64,000 nucleotides of DNA from an uncultured delta proteobacterium (lineage in GTDB: Bacteria; Desulfobacterota; WTBG01; CAIYCZ01; CAIRTM01), in contig CAVRPV010000019.1 of NCBI GenBank assembly GCA_963723235.1, forward strand, positions 18,077-82,076, written 5' to 3'. The position numbers and the translations under genes were made by a program. Of this stretch, positions 1-10,555 are shown piece after piece. The notes beneath the pieces were generated by a model. That model had not been told where the DNA came from. It ran no database searches and saw only the letters and a program-made list of their open reading frames with translations. Every line of letters starts with the position of its first letter. The stretch's first letter is position 1.

Positions 1-1
1 T

Positions 2-1822
2 GGTGTTCCCATCTACGATGTTGATCAGCTGATCCTGCACCCCAACAAGGAAAATGCCAATGTGCCCCACGGCCCTGAGGCAACCAACCTGACGCTGGCC
101 GAGGGCATCAAAAAAGAATATGCTCTGCTGCGCGTTTTTTCGCCCGAAGTCGGGGACGCGCACATGCGCGGCGATATTCACCTGCATGACCTTGGTTTTA
201 TTGATCGCCCGTACTGTTCCGGCCAATCGCTGGAATACATCAAACGGTTCGGACTGAGCCTGCCCAATTCGCTTTCCATTGCCAAGCCGGCCAAACAGCC
301 TGAAGTGCTGCTGGCGCACATGGTCAAATTTGCCGCTGCGCTGCAGAGCCATTTTGCCGGGGCGATCGGCTGGGATGCCGTCAATCTGTTTTTCGCGCCC
401 TACCTGGAAGGCCGCACCGACAAAGAAGTGCGCCAGTTGGCCCAGATGATGATATATGAATTTTCACAGCAGGCTGTCGCGCGCGGAGGACAGGCCATTT
501 TTACCGATATCAACCTGTACTGGGAAGTGCCCAAGCATTTCGAAAACGTGCCCGCCATCGGGCCGGGTGGCACCTTTACCGGCCGAACCTACGGAGACTA
601 TGAAAAGGAAGCCCAGCGCTTTGTCTGGTTTCTGTTTGATGTCTACCGCGAGGGCGACGGAACCGGGCGGCCGTTCTTTTTCCCGAAACCGCTGGTGCAC
701 ATCACCGAGAAATTTTTCCGCACCGAGGGCCATCAGGAATTCCTTGAGCACATCTGTGACATTGCCAGTGAAAAAGGCACCACCTACTTCGTGTTTGACC
801 GCGGAGATACAGCCAAAATTTCCGAGTGCTGCCGTTTAAGCTTCAAGCTCAATGACAATGATTTGAATGATGCCAAAGAGCCCTGGAAAATGCGCTTCTG
901 TGCCCTGCAAAACGTGACGGTCAATCTGCCGCGGCTGGCGTATAAAAACATAGACGCTGAAGAAGCGATGTTCAGCAGCCTGACAGACCTGATTGAGCTG
1001 GCCGTCAAAGCCCATTGTGAAAAGAAGAAATTCATCGAAGCTCTGCTGGCTCTGGGCGATAACGGCCCACTGGCGCTGTTGACCATGAAAACCGACGGCC
1101 AGCCCTACATTCGCATGCACCGGGCCTCATACCTGATCGGCATGGTGGGCCTGAATGAAATGGTGAAAGCCTGTACGGGTCAGGAACTCAACGAGTCCAA
1201 CCGTGCCCTGAAATTCGGGCTCAAGGTGATCTCGCACATGAATCTTGAATGCCAGCGCCTCTCTGCAAAACACAATATGCACTTTGTGCTGGAGCAGACC
1301 CCGGCTGAAAGCACGTCATACCGCTTTGCGCGGCTTGATCTGCGGGACTTCGGCGAGCAGGCCCGCAAGTATGTACGCGGCACGATCGACAGCGGTGAAA
1401 TCTATTACACCAACTCAACCTGCCTGCCGGTTTCATCGCGCGAAAACCCGATTGAACGCGTTAAAGCCGAGGGACTGTTTCATCCCATTATCGAAGCCGG
1501 CTCCCTTACGCATGTCTGGCTGGGCGAGTCCAAGCCTTCCAAGGAGTCGCTGGCAAATTTTGTGATAAAAGTTTTCCGTGAAACGCTTAATGACCAGATT
1601 GCCTTTTCGCCTGAATTCACCAACTGCCTGCAATGCGGCCGCACCGTGCGCGGACTGCTGGATGCCTGTCCGTGCTGCGGAGGCCAGGACATTGACGGCA
1701 TTACGCGCATTACCGGTTATTTCACCAAGGTGTCAAGCTGGAACAAGGGCAAACTCGCTGAGCTGAAAGAACGCAACAAAAACCAGGGTTTCTTTGCCCG
1801 CACCCGGACCGGGAGTGCCTGA
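2..1822 (+). CDS. nrdD: Anaerobic (class III) ribonucleoside-triphosphate reductase, 5' end outside window
   Basis: Frame 2 is open from base 2 (GVPIYDVDQLILHPNKENANVPHGPE...), so the gene starts upstream of the window. C-terminal Cys cluster CLQCG...CPCCG and glycyl-radical motif RITGYF. An activase gene follows. Confidence 0.93.
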   Translation, partial: GVPIYDVDQLILHPNKENANVPHGPEATNLTLAEGIKKEYALLRVFSPEVGDAHMRGDIHLHDLGFIDRPYCSGQSLEYIKRFGLSLPNSLSIAKPAKQPEVLLAHMVKFAAALQSHFAGAIGWDAVNLFFAPYLEGRTDKEVRQLAQMMIYEFSQQAVARGGQAIFTDINLYWEVPKHFENVPAIGPGGTFTGRTYGDYEKEAQRFVWFLFDVYREGDGTGRPFFFPKPLVHITEKFFRTEGHQEFLEHICDIASEKGTTYFVFDRGDTAKISECCRLSFKLNDNDLNDAKEPWKMRFCALQNVTVNLPRLAYKNIDAEEAMFSSLTDLIELAVKAHCEKKKFIEALLALGDNGPLALLTMKTDGQPYIRMHRASYLIGMVGLNEMVKACTGQELNESNRALKFGLKVISHMNLECQRLSAKHNMHFVLEQTPAESTSYRFARLDLRDFGEQARKYVRGTIDSGEIYYTNSTCLPVSSRENPIERVKAEGLFHPIIEAGSLTHVWLGESKPSKESLANFVIKVFRETLNDQIAFSPEFTNCLQCGRTVRGLLDACPCCGGQDIDGITRITGYFTKVSSWNKGKLAELKERNKNQGFFARTRTGSA

Positions 1823-2085
1823 TGCCAATAGTTAAGATATTTACCAAGAAAGATTGTCCGCGCTGCCCGCAGGCCAAGCAGCTCGGTGCGCAGATGGAAC
1901 AGGACGGCTGCAGCGTCCTCTACTACGACGTGGAAACCGTTAATGGCCTGGCTGAGGCCACGTTCTTCAGTGTGCAGGCCACGCCCACGATCATCGTGGA
2001 AGACGCTGATGAAAATGTGCTGGCTGATTTTCGCGGTCAGGTTCCCACACGCGAAGAATTGCTGCAGATTATCAACGCCCAATAA
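1822..2085 (+). CDS. Small thioredoxin/glutaredoxin-fold protein (CPRC active site)
   Basis: 87 aa. KKDCPRCPQAKQL redox motif and a cis-Pro-type TPTIIV segment. Its ATG overlaps the nrdD stop (TGATG). Confidence 0.8.
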   Translation: MPIVKIFTKKDCPRCPQAKQLGAQMEQDGCSVLYYDVETVNGLAEATFFSVQATPTIIVEDADENVLADFRGQVPTREELLQIINAQ

Positions 2086-2175
2086 ATTTTTACAAAAACG
2101 CACTCACGGAAAAGCCGCAGGCAACGCAGCAGCGGTCTTTCTGCGGGTGCGTCAATCGTTTGACCGCTGGACACT

Positions 2176-2916
2176 ATGCACACCATCAAGGATCTTCCCG
2201 TCAAGGGCTTTATTGATACGTCGTTCGTCGACTGGGCCGGAAAGATCTGCGCGGTCATGTTCTTTCCCCTGTGTAACTTCCGCTGCCCCTACTGTCACAA
2301 CGCCGACCTGGTTTTGCGGCCGGATGACATTAAAACCATCGAAATGGAAAGCATTTTCGCACGGCTGGATGAGCTGCGCGGCTGGATTGACGGAGTGTGC
2401 GTGACCGGCGGAGAACCGACTCTGCAGCCCAGGCTGCGCAGACTGCTGGAGGTTCTGCGTGCGGCCGGTTTTCAAACCAAGCTCGACACCAACGGCAGCA
2501 ATCCGGAAGTGCTGCGCGAACTGATTGACGCGGGCCTGCTTGATTATGTTGCCATGGATGTAAAGTCATGCCTGAATGAAAACAGCTACTGCAAGGTCAC
2601 CAATGTTGCCGAGAGCATGCTGAACAGGGTGCGCACAAGCATTGACCTGCTGATTGAAGGCCGCGTGGACTATGAGTTCCGGGTTACGGTTGTGCCCGCA
2701 TATCACGGCCCGGAGGATATTTACCAGCTTGCGCGTGACTTGAGCGGAGCAGCGCGGCTGCGCCTGCAAAATTTCAAACCCGGGGCCTCGATTCTTGATC
2801 CGGCCCTGAAAACCGTCACGCCTTACACGCCGGAAGATCTGGCAAGCCTGCAGCTTCGCGTCGATGAACTGATGTTTAAACCCGCCCCGTCCCGCAGGAC
2901 TACGTCCTGGCAGTAA
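2176..2916 (+). CDS. nrdG: Anaerobic ribonucleotide reductase activating protein (radical SAM)
   Basis: CNFRCPYCHN radical-SAM cluster motif, GGEPTL motif, position downstream of nrdD. Confidence 0.9.
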   Translation: MHTIKDLPVKGFIDTSFVDWAGKICAVMFFPLCNFRCPYCHNADLVLRPDDIKTIEMESIFARLDELRGWIDGVCVTGGEPTLQPRLRRLLEVLRAAGFQTKLDTNGSNPEVLRELIDAGLLDYVAMDVKSCLNENSYCKVTNVAESMLNRVRTSIDLLIEGRVDYEFRVTVVPAYHGPEDIYQLARDLSGAARLRLQNFKPGASILDPALKTVTPYTPEDLASLQLRVDELMFKPAPSRRTTSWQ

Positions 2917-2960
2917 CCATTGAGTACTCGCAGTTCAGCTGTTTCCTCTCACGCCATAGC

Positions 2961-3113
2961 AACTTTTTAAAAAATTTTTACGGCTGTTCAAAAATAGTCT
3001 AGCTGCAGGCGCGCACAATCATTTGGAGGGGCACGGCATGCCGTGTCCCTACAGTATCGCCTGCAGAGATCCCGCTGCATCAATGGGGCAAATAGGCTTT
3101 TTTCAACAGCCTG
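2961..3113 (+). repeat. Family-1 inverted-arm element, copy A (palindrome-module variant)
   Basis: GGCTGTTCAAAAA at 2982 and TTTTTTCAACAGCCTG ending at 3113. Internal GGGGCACGGCATGCCGTGTCCC palindrome. Lies between convergent nrdG and mnmG and abuts the mnmG stop. Confidence 0.85.
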
Positions 3114-5003
3114 TCAGGGGCTCTGGCTGCCTGATCGTTTTTTCAGCACCACCATCAGAATCGACAACGCAGCCGGTGTAATACCCGCTATGCGCGACGC
3201 CTGACCCAGAGATACCGGGCGTACCTGGTGGAGTTTATGCTTCACCTCCGTGCTCAAGCCGGAAATCCCGTCATAACACATATCAGGCGGTATGGCCCAG
3301 GCCTCCAGATGCCTGAACTTTTCAACCATCTGCTGCTGGCGCTGGATATAGCCCTCATATTTTGCGAGGGTTTCTACCTGATAGCTCACCTCCGGATCGA
3401 TACCCGGCGCTGCCAGCGCGGCGCTTTCAAGCGCGGCATAATCGATCTCAGGACGTTTCATGATTTCAAACAGGCTGCAGGGCTGCTTGAGCGGAACAGA
3501 TCCGTAACGGCTGAGCCACTGCTGAATATCCGGTCGTGGGAAAATTTTGACGCTGCGCAAACGCTCAAGCTCATGCTCAACAGCCGCCAGCTTGGCCTGC
3601 AGGCGTTCAAAATCGCCTGTTCCCACCAGGCCCAGGAGGTATCCTTTTTCGCGCAGACGTGCATCAGCATTATCCTCGCGCAGCAAAAGGCGATACTCGG
3701 CCCGCGAGGTAAACATGCGATAGGGCTCCAGCGTCCCGAGCGTGATCAAATCGTCTATCAAGACGCCGATATAGGCCTCGTTGCGCTTGAGCACAAGCGG
3801 CGGCAGGCCCTTGACCCGGCAGGCGGCATTGATCCCTGCCATGAGCCCCTGCGCTCCCGCCTCTTCATACCCGGACGTGCCGTTGATCTGACCGGCCAGA
3901 AACAGGCCCGCAACCGGCTTGGTCTCAAGTGTATGCTTGAGCTGCACCGGGTTGACGTAATCATATTCAATCGCATACCCGGGGCGCATGATCTCAGCCT
4001 CTTCCAAGCCATAAATACTGCGCACCATGCGGTACTGAATGTCAATCGGCAGGCTGGTGGGTATGCCGCTCGGGTAGATCTCAACCGTGTCAAAGCCTTC
4101 GGGCTCAAGAAATATCTGGTGCCGGTCCTTTTCGGGGAAGCGCTTGATTTTATCCTCAATCGAGGGGCAGTAGCGCGCGCCCGTGCCCTGAATAACGCCG
4201 GTATACAGCGGTGAGCGGTCAAAGCCCTCACGAATGATCCGGTGCGTTACTTCATTCGTATAGGTGATATGGCAGGGAATCTGGCGGCGGGGGCCCGGAG
4301 GCGAATTAAATGAAAACGGCTGCGCAGGCTCATCACCGTACTGCGGCTCAAGCACGTCGAAATTGATCGTGCGCGCATCAAGCCGGGGCGTGGTTCCGGT
4401 TTTAAGCCTGCCGGTATGCAGGCCCAGCGCATGCAGCGAATCAGTCAGGGCTGTTGCCGGCAGCTCTCCCAGGCGCCCGGCCGCAAACTGCGTCAGGCCG
4501 ATATGCACCAGCCCGTTCAAAAACGTTCCGGTGGCGATAATGACCGTCCGGGCAAAGAAACGCTCTCCTATGCTTGAAACAAGCCCCTTAACCTCGCCCC
4601 CCTCAACCATGATATTTTCAATCATGGCCTGCTTAATATCAAGGCCGGGAACAGTTTCCAGCTTATTTTTAATCCAGAGCCGAAAACCCTGACGGTCGGC
4701 CTGGGCGCGCGATGACCGTACCGCGGGCCCCTTCTTGGTATTGAGGATACGGAACTGTATGGCGGTGGCGTCAATGGCTTCGCCCATGATGCCGCCCAAA
4801 GCGTCGATTTCCTTGACAAGCTGTCCCTTGGCAAGCCCGCCGATCGCGGGGTTGCAGGACATGAGCCCGATGGTATCGAGCTGTATGGTGGTCAACAGCG
4901 TGCGGCAGCCCATTGTTGCGGCCGCGTGTGCGGCTTCATAGCCGGCATGCCCGCCGCCCACCACAATCACATCATACGTTACCGGATGATCAAATGCCTG
5001 CAT
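3114..5003 (-). CDS. mnmG: tRNA uridine-5-carboxymethylaminomethyl modification enzyme MnmG/GidA
   Basis: 629 aa. N-terminal FAD motif [14 protein letters not shown] and full-length MnmG-like sequence ([27 protein letters not shown]). Confidence 0.95.
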   Translation of the reverse strand: MQAFDHPVTYDVIVVGGGHAGYEAAHAAATMGCRTLLTTIQLDTIGLMSCNPAIGGLAKGQLVKEIDALGGIMGEAIDATAIQFRILNTKKGPAVRSSRAQADRQGFRLWIKNKLETVPGLDIKQAMIENIMVEGGEVKGLVSSIGERFFARTVIIATGTFLNGLVHIGLTQFAAGRLGELPATALTDSLHALGLHTGRLKTGTTPRLDARTINFDVLEPQYGDEPAQPFSFNSPPGPRRQIPCHITYTNEVTHRIIREGFDRSPLYTGVIQGTGARYCPSIEDKIKRFPEKDRHQIFLEPEGFDTVEIYPSGIPTSLPIDIQYRMVRSIYGLEEAEIMRPGYAIEYDYVNPVQLKHTLETKPVAGLFLAGQINGTSGYEEAGAQGLMAGINAACRVKGLPPLVLKRNEAYIGVLIDDLITLGTLEPYRMFTSRAEYRLLLREDNADARLREKGYLLGLVGTGDFERLQAKLAAVEHELERLRSVKIFPRPDIQQWLSRYGSVPLKQPCSLFEIMKRPEIDYAALESAALAAPGIDPEVSYQVETLAKYEGYIQRQQQMVEKFRHLEAWAIPPDMCYDGISGLSTEVKHKLHQVRPVSLGQASRIAGITPAALSILMVVLKKRSGSQSP

Positions 5004-5336
5004 ACATACAACCCTTTAGATACTGTGGCACATTAAAGAATATATGTAGTACCATATTTTTGCCGCCCGGTAAATCACGATACATCCATGCCTGCTGACC
5101 AGTCTCAATTCCTGCGATACTGAGAACACTGGACTTTAAATTTTTAGATATTTTTACATAAAAAAGTAAAAAATTTTAATTGGCATAGCCCTCAAAATAT
5201 GCCATGTAGATGAGCAGACATACCCACGTGCATGGCGGCTGCCCAGATGCCGGCTCGCCATAACGGCCCCGCAATTCAGCACTCAACCGCGGGTGCCTGC
5301 AGGAGTAGGCCATGAAACATACTGAATCCCGCTTAC

Positions 5337-7325
5337 TTGACAGCTGCGCACTCATGCTGCGGCACGAACAACAGCCGCCTGTTGCTCTTTGCCCTGTCCC
5401 TGTTTGTCTACGTATTGCTTGTCATTACGGGTAAAAACATCGGCCATACCGCCGCCGCAGCTTTTTTCCCGGTTCTCACCGCTGCTGTATGCTGGGGCTG
5501 GAAGGCAGGACTTGCCGCAGGCCTGTGCTCCTTTCCCGTCAACGCATTGCTCCTGACCGCCATCGGCCTTAACTGGCAAGTCGGCATGCTCAACCCGATA
5601 GGCCTTACGGGCCATGTTTTTTTTATCCTTGCAGGACTGCTCATCGGCTTCACCCGCGACCTGTATGCTGCAGCGCAGGGATCGAAGCAGCGCCTTGAAG
5701 AAAAAATATTGCAGCGCACCGCTGACCTTGAACGCGCGCAAGCCGCCGAAGAGCAACTTGAAGCCGTGCTGGAGCAGTCGGCAGACGCTGTGTTCATCAC
5801 CGAAAGGGACACCGAAAAAATCATCATGGTCAACCGCGCCCTGCTTGAGCTTACGGGCATGCGCCGCGAGGACCTGATCGGCAACAAGCCTTACTGCTTC
5901 ATGCCCGAGGTCGGCACAACCTACCGCACCACGCTGGGGGACAAGATCACGATTGATATGCAGTACTATGAACAACTCTACCTGTCCCAGCAGAAGCTGT
6001 TGAGCGACGGCATGATCAGAGACTGGGAATACTATGTCATCAACAGCCGGGGCGAGCTTGTTCCGGTTGAGGCCAATGTCACCCATCTGCTTGATCAGCA
6101 GGGCAGGCGCACAGGCGCGATCTCGATGGTGCGCGACGTCACCAGCCGCAAACTCGCCGAGCGCGAGCTCAGCCTGACCAATGATTTTCTAAACAACCTC
6201 ATCGAAAACTCGATCGACTGCATCATTATCAGCGACAGCACCGGCCATATCACGAACATCAACCGCGCCGGCCTTGCGCTGACGGGCTATGCACTTGAAG
6301 ACATGCTCGGCAAAGACCCCCATGGCAATGTCTTCTGTTCGAGGAAGGCCGCTACGAAACCACGTCCGGCGAACAGATATGGCTGAGCAGGGAAGACATT
6401 GAAAGCAGCTACGCACGCATGGGAGATTTTCTGCGAGACGGTAAAATCAGCAACTACGCTTCCTACATCAAGCACAAAGACGGCCGCCTGATAGAGGTCG
6501 AGCACAACATCACCATGCTCTACGACCAGCAGGGCGCTCCCGTGGGCTCGGTGAGCATGACGCGCGACCGAACCATGCACCGCCGCATGGAACGGGAGCT
6601 GAGCAGGCAGAGCGAACTGCTGAGCCAGGCCAACCGCGAGCTTGAAAGCTTTGCCTATTCCGTATCACACGACCTGCGGGCACCCCTGCGCAGCATCAGC
6701 GGATTCAGCGAAGCGCTTGAGGAAGATTTCGCGTCAGTGCTGCCCGGTGAAGCCAAAACCTATCTGCAGCGCATAAAGAATGCCTCCGGGCGCATGGGGC
6801 TGCTCATCGACGACCTTCTGAAACTCTCGCGCGTCAGCCGCTATGACATGCGGCGCGAGCAGGTGAACCTGAGCGCTCTTGCCGAAGACATTGTGGCTCA
6901 GCTGCGCGAGCACGCCCCTGATAGACAGATTACCTGCACTATTGAGCCCGGCATGACGGTGCCGGGAGATGAAAACCTGCTGCGCATACTGCTTGCAAAC
7001 CTGATTGAGAATGCCTGGAAATATACGGTCCGGCAGGACAATCCTGAGATGTCCTTCGGCCGCGCGGACGAAGCCGATCCCCGCGCCCCCGCACAGGAGC
7101 GCAGCCGCCCGATATTTTGCGTACGCGATAATGGCGTTGGATTCGATATGGCTTATGCCGATAAGTTGTTCAGCTGCCTTTCAGCGCCTGCATGCTGAAC
7201 AGGATTTCCCCGGCACGGGCATCGGGCTTGCCACAGTGCAGCGCATCGCACACCGGCACAACGGCCGTGTCTGGGCCGATAGCAAACCCGGACACGGAGC
7301 GCGATTTTACTTCACCCTTGGATAG
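5337..7325 (+). pseudogene. PAS-domain sensor histidine kinase split over three frames (2 frame breaks)
   Basis: ORFs 5337..6386, 6419..7198 and 7005..7325 together give a membrane region, PAS repeats, HisKA (SVSHDLRAPLRSISGF) and HATPase (DNGVGFD ... [11 protein letters not shown]). Frame breaks near 6320-6340 and 7165-7175. An ATG at 5311 in another frame hints at an uncertain start. Confidence 0.8.
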
Positions 7326-7334
7326 GAGCATGCT

Positions 7335-7775
7335 ATGGACAAGAGCATCATCATGGTGGTTGAGGACAATCAGGACGATCTGGATCTGACCCTCCGCGCG
7401 TTTGCAAAAAACAACATCCTCAACGAAATCATCATTGCGCGCGACGGAGTTGAAGCACTTGACTACCTTTTCGGCACCGGAGTTCACGAAGGCCGCGACC
7501 TGCACGTGATGCCCGAGGTGATCCTGCTGGACCTGAATATGCCACGCATGGGCGGTATTGAAGCGCTCAGGCATATCAGGTCCAATGCGCTCACGAAGCT
7601 GCTGCCCGTGGTGGTTCTGACCTCATCGGACGAGGAAAAAGACCTGATCACAAGCTACGAATGCGGAGTCAACAGCTACATACGCAAGCCCGTTGACTTC
7701 AACCAGTTCGTAGATGCCGTCCGGCAATTGAGCCTGTACTGGATGGTACTCAACCAGCATCCGCATAAGCCCTGA
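7335..7775 (+). CDS. Response regulator, receiver domain only (CheY-like)
   Basis: 146 aa with VVEDNQDD, LLDLNMPRMGG, VVVLTSS and YIRKP receiver motifs. Starts 9 nt after the kinase. Confidence 0.9.
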   Translation: MDKSIIMVVEDNQDDLDLTLRAFAKNNILNEIIIARDGVEALDYLFGTGVHEGRDLHVMPEVILLDLNMPRMGGIEALRHIRSNALTKLLPVVVLTSSDEEKDLITSYECGVNSYIRKPVDFNQFVDAVRQLSLYWMVLNQHPHKP

Positions 7776-7887
7776 GACCCACGCAGCCCTGCGGACTGCC
7801 GCGCTGTCAACTGATACCTGTTTCTGATATACTCGCAAGGCTTTGCACAAGCCCTGCTGCTAATGAATCCGTATTGAAATACACGCC

Positions 7888-8288
7888 ATGAAAGAACCCG
7901 ATCCTGTCAAACTTTATATCTATGAACTGCCCGGCGGGTGGACCGTGCTTGCCGGCCGGACTGACGCGGACAATGAACGCCTGAGCATCAAACTGGCTGA
8001 TCCGCGCGACTGGTGGTTTCATGTGCACGGCATGTCGGGCAGCCATGTGCTGCTGAAATACCGGCCCGAACATACCGTGGAACCGGGGCCCGAAACACTC
8101 AAAGCAGCCGCGGCCATTGCCGCCTTTCACAGCAAGGCACGCAACGGCGGCGTTGTGCCGGTTTCATGCACGCGGGCCTGCAATGTAAGCAAACCACGCG
8201 GAGCTCCCCGGGCACGGTATCAATCCGCAAGGAGCGCATACTCAAAGTCCGCCCGGCTCTGCCTGCGCAGAACGACAGCACGGAATAA
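7888..8288 (+). pseudogene. NFACT-R_1/DUF814 domain protein, frame break near 8195-8205
   Basis: The N-terminal part (WWFHVHGMSGSHVLL ... VPVSCTRACNVSKPRGA) continues in another frame as PGTVSIRKERILKVRP...STE* (ORF 8013..8288). Confidence 0.7.
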
Positions 8289-8412
8289 ATTTCCACGCAA
8301 GGCAGCGGTTTTTAGCTGACAACGGGCAGCCACAGGGGCCCGCCCCTGCGCTCACAACTCCGTGCTTTTCGCTGTTTACCCACCCTGTTGTTTATGATAC
8401 AACTATGGCATT

Positions 8413-9864
8413 ATGGCATTGCAAATCCTCTCACCCCTGTCAGTACCCGATGAAGTCGAGCCCCTTATTGAAGCCGGGGCCGGGGCATTCTATTGCGGCA
8501 TTCTGCCGGAAGAGTGGCGCCGGGATTACAGCGTAGCCGCCTCGCTCAACCGCCGTCAGGAAAACACCCCGGGCCTGAACACCAGCCCGCACATGAACAC
8601 CTTTGAGGACCTCGCCCGCTGCGTGGAGCTGGCCCGGCCGCACAACGTGAAGGTGGCAGTCACCCTCAACGAGCACTACTACAGCAACAAACAGTATTCG
8701 TTTCTGACCGGCTATATTGAACAGTGTCTCAAAGCCGGGGCCGATACCTTTATCGTGGGCGACATCGGCATGATTTTGACCCTGCAGGACATTGACCCCG
8801 GCATCACTATACACATCAGCACGGCCGGAACGGCCTTTAATTCTGAAAGTGTGCATTTCTACCGCGACCTCGGGGCCAAGCGCGTTATTTTGCCACGGCA
8901 CCTGACTTTGGATGAAATCCAGGCCATAGTCGACAAGACCAGCGGCATTGAACTGGAAGCATTCATCCTGAACTCGCGCTGCGCCAACATCGACGGTTTC
9001 TGTACGTTCCAGCACGGCCTGGCCGAATTCGTCAAGGAGCCCGAGCGCAAGCGCGACTATGAAAACGCCTGCATGATGCTCTATAAAATAACCGCAGACG
9101 TCAAAGGCTGCGACAGCCAGGAGCAGGCCGAATCGATGCTGCAAAAAGTCTCCTGGGAGCGCCAGCACTTCTGGTCGGCAGTGCATATTGATGACCGGCC
9201 CTGCGGCGCCTGCGCCCTTTACGAATTTGAACGCATGGGCCTGGCCGGAGTCAAAATCGTGGGCCGGGGCAATACCTTCGACAAAAAGATCAAGGACGTG
9301 CGCTTTTTAAAAGGGCAGCTCGACTACCTGCGCACACAGAATCCGACCAGAAAAGAATTTCGCGAGCAGACGCGCAAAATCTACAAAGAAATCTATGACT
9401 GCGTGTGCCTGATTTTCAAATGTTACTATCCCTCGGTCCTGCTGGACGAGGAAAAGGTAGCTGAAAAACACCCGTCTGCAGCGTTGCGCTCATCATTCGT
9501 CACTGCGGCGTACCATAAATACGCCTCATTCCTCATGATTTCGTGCGCCTTGCATCCGAACATTTTTCAGCAACCTTTAATGGCAATCTTTAATAGGCAT
9601 GTATTGTCACCGTGGAACCCTCATATCTTTCAGCCCACAAAAACGGAACGCTTGCTGCCCGCATTGAAATGGCCCTTGATGCTCTCGCGTGCTGCGAAAT
9701 GTGTCCGCGCTGCTGCCGGGTCGACCGCACGGCCGGCAAAACCGGCATATGCAAAACCGGCCGCAACGCAATTGTTGCAAGCTTTGCTCCGCATTTCGGC
9801 GAAGAAGCACCTCTTGTCGGCCGCTACGGCTCAGGCACCATATTCTTCAGCAACTGCAACCTGA
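8413..9864 (+). CDS. Peptidase U32 family protein; 3' end uncertain because the ORF reads through a repeat
   Basis: U32-like N-terminal barrel sequence and Cys motifs (NSRCANIDGFCTFQHG, DRPCGACALYEF). After about codon 350 the frame runs through family-1 copy B and 253 nt into the next gene, so the real C-terminus is probably near 9460. Confidence 0.65.
   Translation: MALQILSPLSVPDEVEPLIEAGAGAFYCGILPEEWRRDYSVAASLNRRQENTPGLNTSPHMNTFEDLARCVELARPHNVKVAVTLNEHYYSNKQYSFLTGYIEQCLKAGADTFIVGDIGMILTLQDIDPGITIHISTAGTAFNSESVHFYRDLGAKRVILPRHLTLDEIQAIVDKTSGIELEAFILNSRCANIDGFCTFQHGLAEFVKEPERKRDYENACMMLYKITADVKGCDSQEQAESMLQKVSWERQHFWSAVHIDDRPCGACALYEFERMGLAGVKIVGRGNTFDKKIKDVRFLKGQLDYLRTQNPTRKEFREQTRKIYKEIYDCVCLIFKCYYPSVLLDEEKVAEKHPSAALRSSFVTAAYHKYASFLMISCALHPNIFQQPLMAIFNRHVLSPWNPHIFQPTKTERLLPALKWPLMLSRAAKCVRAAAGSTARPAKPAYAKPAATQLLQALLRISAKKHLLSAATAQAPYSSATAT
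9460..9575 (-). repeat. Family-1 element, copy B (reverse orientation)
   Basis: The reverse complement reads GGTTGCTGAAAAATGTTCGGATGCAAGGCGCACGAAATCATGAGGAATGAGGCGTA...GTACGCCGCAGTGACGAATGATGAGCGCAACGCTGCAGACGGGTGTTTTTCAGC. Confidence 0.85.
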
Positions 9865-10544
9865 ACTGCGTCTTCTGCCAGAATTTCGACATCAGTCATG
9901 AGGGCGCAGGCAGCGAAGTCACATCCTCGCAACTGGCAAACATGATGCTGGAGCTGCAGGAGCAACGTGTACACAATATCAATCTTGTCAGTCCCTCGCA
10001 TGTTGTGCCCCAAATCCTTGAGGCTCTGCCCGAGGCGATTGACCACGGTTTGAACATCCCGCTGGTATACAATACCGGCGGCTATGACAGTGTTGAGACC
10101 CTCAAACTGCTGAATGGCATTGTGGACATATACATGCCCGACATTAAATTCGCCTCCGACATACCGGCACTTTTTTACTGCGCAGCTCCCGACTATCCGC
10201 AGGTCGTGCAAAACGCACTCAGGGAAATGCATTGCCAGGTCGGCAGCCTGCAGCTTGACAGCCGCGGACATGCCGTGCGCGGAATGCTGGTGCGCCATTT
10301 GGTCATGCCCGACGGTTTGGCCGGAACTCAAGCTGTCATGCGCTTTCTGGCCGATAAAATCTCGCCTGACACCTATGTCAACATCATGGATCAGTACCGC
10401 CCCTGCGGCGACATCAAAAAGTTCAAAGAGCTGCAGCGCCGCGTAACACCCGAGGAATTCGAGGAGGCGCTCAGCGCGGCCCGCGCGGCCGGACTCAGCC
10501 GCCTCGACAGCCGCGAACGCCCAATCCTTATGTACTGGCGATAG
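9612..10544 (+). CDS. Radical SAM protein, PflX-like (COG1313-type putative activase)
   Basis: 310 aa. CNLNCVFCQN radical-SAM motif preceded by an N-terminal Cys-rich CCEMCPRCCRVDR segment. Confidence 0.8.
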   Translation: MEPSYLSAHKNGTLAARIEMALDALACCEMCPRCCRVDRTAGKTGICKTGRNAIVASFAPHFGEEAPLVGRYGSGTIFFSNCNLNCVFCQNFDISHEGAGSEVTSSQLANMMLELQEQRVHNINLVSPSHVVPQILEALPEAIDHGLNIPLVYNTGGYDSVETLKLLNGIVDIYMPDIKFASDIPALFYCAAPDYPQVVQNALREMHCQVGSLQLDSRGHAVRGMLVRHLVMPDGLAGTQAVMRFLADKISPDTYVNIMDQYRPCGDIKKFKELQRRVTPEEFEEALSAARAAGLSRLDSRERPILMYWR

Positions 10545-10555
10545 CCTGCACAGAC

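Noticed and set aside
3228-4214. Long antisense or alternative-frame ORFs inside strong genes, such as 3228..4214 in mnmG. Others are 21804..23027 in speA, 25917..27329 in the phosphoesterase gene, 18371..19276 in the A-T-TE gene, 46989..47864 in pabB, 51366..52121 in nuoH, 8440..9186 in U32, 5352..6086 in the kinase and 24138..24977 in the FGE gene.
   Set aside because: These are shadow ORFs of GC-rich coding regions. Each overlaps a gene with clear family motifs on the other strand or frame, and none has motifs of its own.
5004-5336. An origin of replication next to mnmG (gidA), suggested by the AT-rich stretch 5100-5200
   Set aside because: I found no DnaA-box-like TTATCCACA motifs, there is no dnaA or dnaN nearby, and the AT-rich stretch is short. 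It is more simply a divergent promoter region.
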